A stretch of 59,341 nucleotides of DNA, filler included. It is 4 parts of 4 records of this genome, joined end to end, with 100 filler letters (N's around TTAATTAATTAA, not from the genome) between each part and the next. Parts side by side here need not be neighbours in the genome. Positions count along the whole stretch, not along the records: positions 45,257 to 59,341 come from DRR723986_10629; 3 more parts are not named here. One strand, written 5' to 3'. This document shows, piece after piece, positions 58,569 through 59,341 of the stretch (its first letter is position 1; each line of letters begins with the position of its first letter). The notes under the pieces are model-generated. The model saw nothing but the letters and a program-made list of their open reading frames with translations, did no database searches and had not been told where the DNA came from. A program made the translations under genes and the position numbers.

Positions 58569-59341
58569 ATGTTCTCTTTTGTACGTTCATCACTGTTCCT
58601 TGCTACCCTATTAATCACTTCGGCTTGTTCCAACAGTGACAGTGAACAGGATGCGATTTCTCAGCTACCCATAAAAACAGTTGAAGAAATATCGGCTTTG
58701 CTGGACGAAGAGCGATTTGACGAAGTTACCAATTTAGTTAAACGAAAAGAACGTGATGGCCTAGCCACTAGTGCGGATCAAATTTTGGCCGCTAAAGCAT
58801 ACTTGAGCAAGTTTGACTCTATCGGGGCAGAAGTGGCGCTAGAGCGCATTCCAGAGGCCGAGCACGAACAAGATGATTATGTGCTTTTGACTGCCCGTGT
58901 CGATATGCTTGAAGGCCGGTTATATGATGTTGCAGAAAAGCTCAACGGACATACTTTCACTGGTAACGCCTTATACGAAGCCAAATTATTGCTAGGCGAT
59001 GCTTTGTTTTTACAAGGTGACCTTGAAGACGCTCTGAATGAATTTAATCAAGCCATTGCAGCCGGCCCTAACTATCTTCCAGCCTACATTTCGAGAGCTC
59101 AGATATATCTCAATCTCGGACAAATTACCGAAGCCGAGGCAGATGCCCGTAAGGCAGTTGAAATAGAACCCACAGATTCTATCGCGCACTACACTCTTGG
59201 GAATGCATACAACAGGCTTGGTCGAGACAATGAAGCAAAGCAAGAATTTATAAGTGCCCTAACGTATTTCCCGAAAAATGTCGCTGCCATGATAGAGTTG
59301 GCAAACATCAACATTATTAATAATGACCTGGAAACAGCAGA
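58569..59341 (+). CDS. TPR-repeat lipoprotein (3' truncated; absent from the ORF track)
   Basis: Own translation: MFSFVRSSLFLATLLITSAC lipobox, then LGDALFLQGDLEDALNEFNQAI and AHYTLGNAYNRLGRDNEA TPRs; open to the window end. Confidence 0.88.
   Translation, partial: MFSFVRSSLFLATLLITSACSNSDSEQDAISQLPIKTVEEISALLDEERFDEVTNLVKRKERDGLATSADQILAAKAYLSKFDSIGAEVALERIPEAEHEQDDYVLLTARVDMLEGRLYDVAEKLNGHTFTGNALYEAKLLLGDALFLQGDLEDALNEFNQAIAAGPNYLPAYISRAQIYLNLGQITEAEADARKAVEIEPTDSIAHYTLGNAYNRLGRDNEAKQEFISALTYFPKNVAAMIELANINIINNDLETA

Noticed and set aside
1..59341. CRISPR arrays, integrases, transposases, rRNA or recognisable defence systems
   Set aside because: No regularly spaced repeats or diagnostic motifs were seen by eye

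Overview
This window is not one locus. It is four unrelated contigs joined by three artificial 100-nt spacers (N-run + TTAATTAATTAA + N-run at 12672-12771, 28512-28611 and 45157-45256). Taxonomy below is inferred from gene content and style. (1) 1-12671, probably a marine gammaproteobacterium (Halieaceae/OM60-like): 3' end of tRNA-Ala(GGC), hydrolases, an FAD oxidase, a beta-propeller lipoprotein, a DUF3313/porin/arylsulfatase/LtrA/hydrolase/DUF302 run divergent from an HxlR regulator, and an IPTL-CTERM-like protein end. (2) 12772-28511, probably a planctomycete: RNase HII-like, secretin N-domain-only protein, sixA, pgl, fumC, GntP and BASS transporters, tdk, and a cluster around a 1013-aa DUF2330/HEAT protein. 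(3) 28612-45156, a Hyphomonadaceae-like alphaproteobacterium: trpB-lipoprotein-cutA-trpA-accD-folC, mscL, ihfB, rpsA, cmk, SDR, OYE, a ~3.2-kb two-gene insertion bounded by a degenerate ~110-bp direct repeat, macrodomain, aroA, FYDLN-acid protein and the 5' half of tRNA-Ala. (4) 45257-59341, a lower-GC proteobacterium: SSS transporter pair, acyl-CoA synthetase, selD-selU-PLP enzyme operon, ethanolamine-permease/GS-like/ADH cluster, tricorn protease and a TPR lipoprotein. The best leads are the orphan two-gene insertion, the selD-selU-class V PLP operon, a promoter-driven structured RNA at ~1187-1364, a candidate LexA-box sRNA between folC and mscL, and the DUF2330 fusion cluster.
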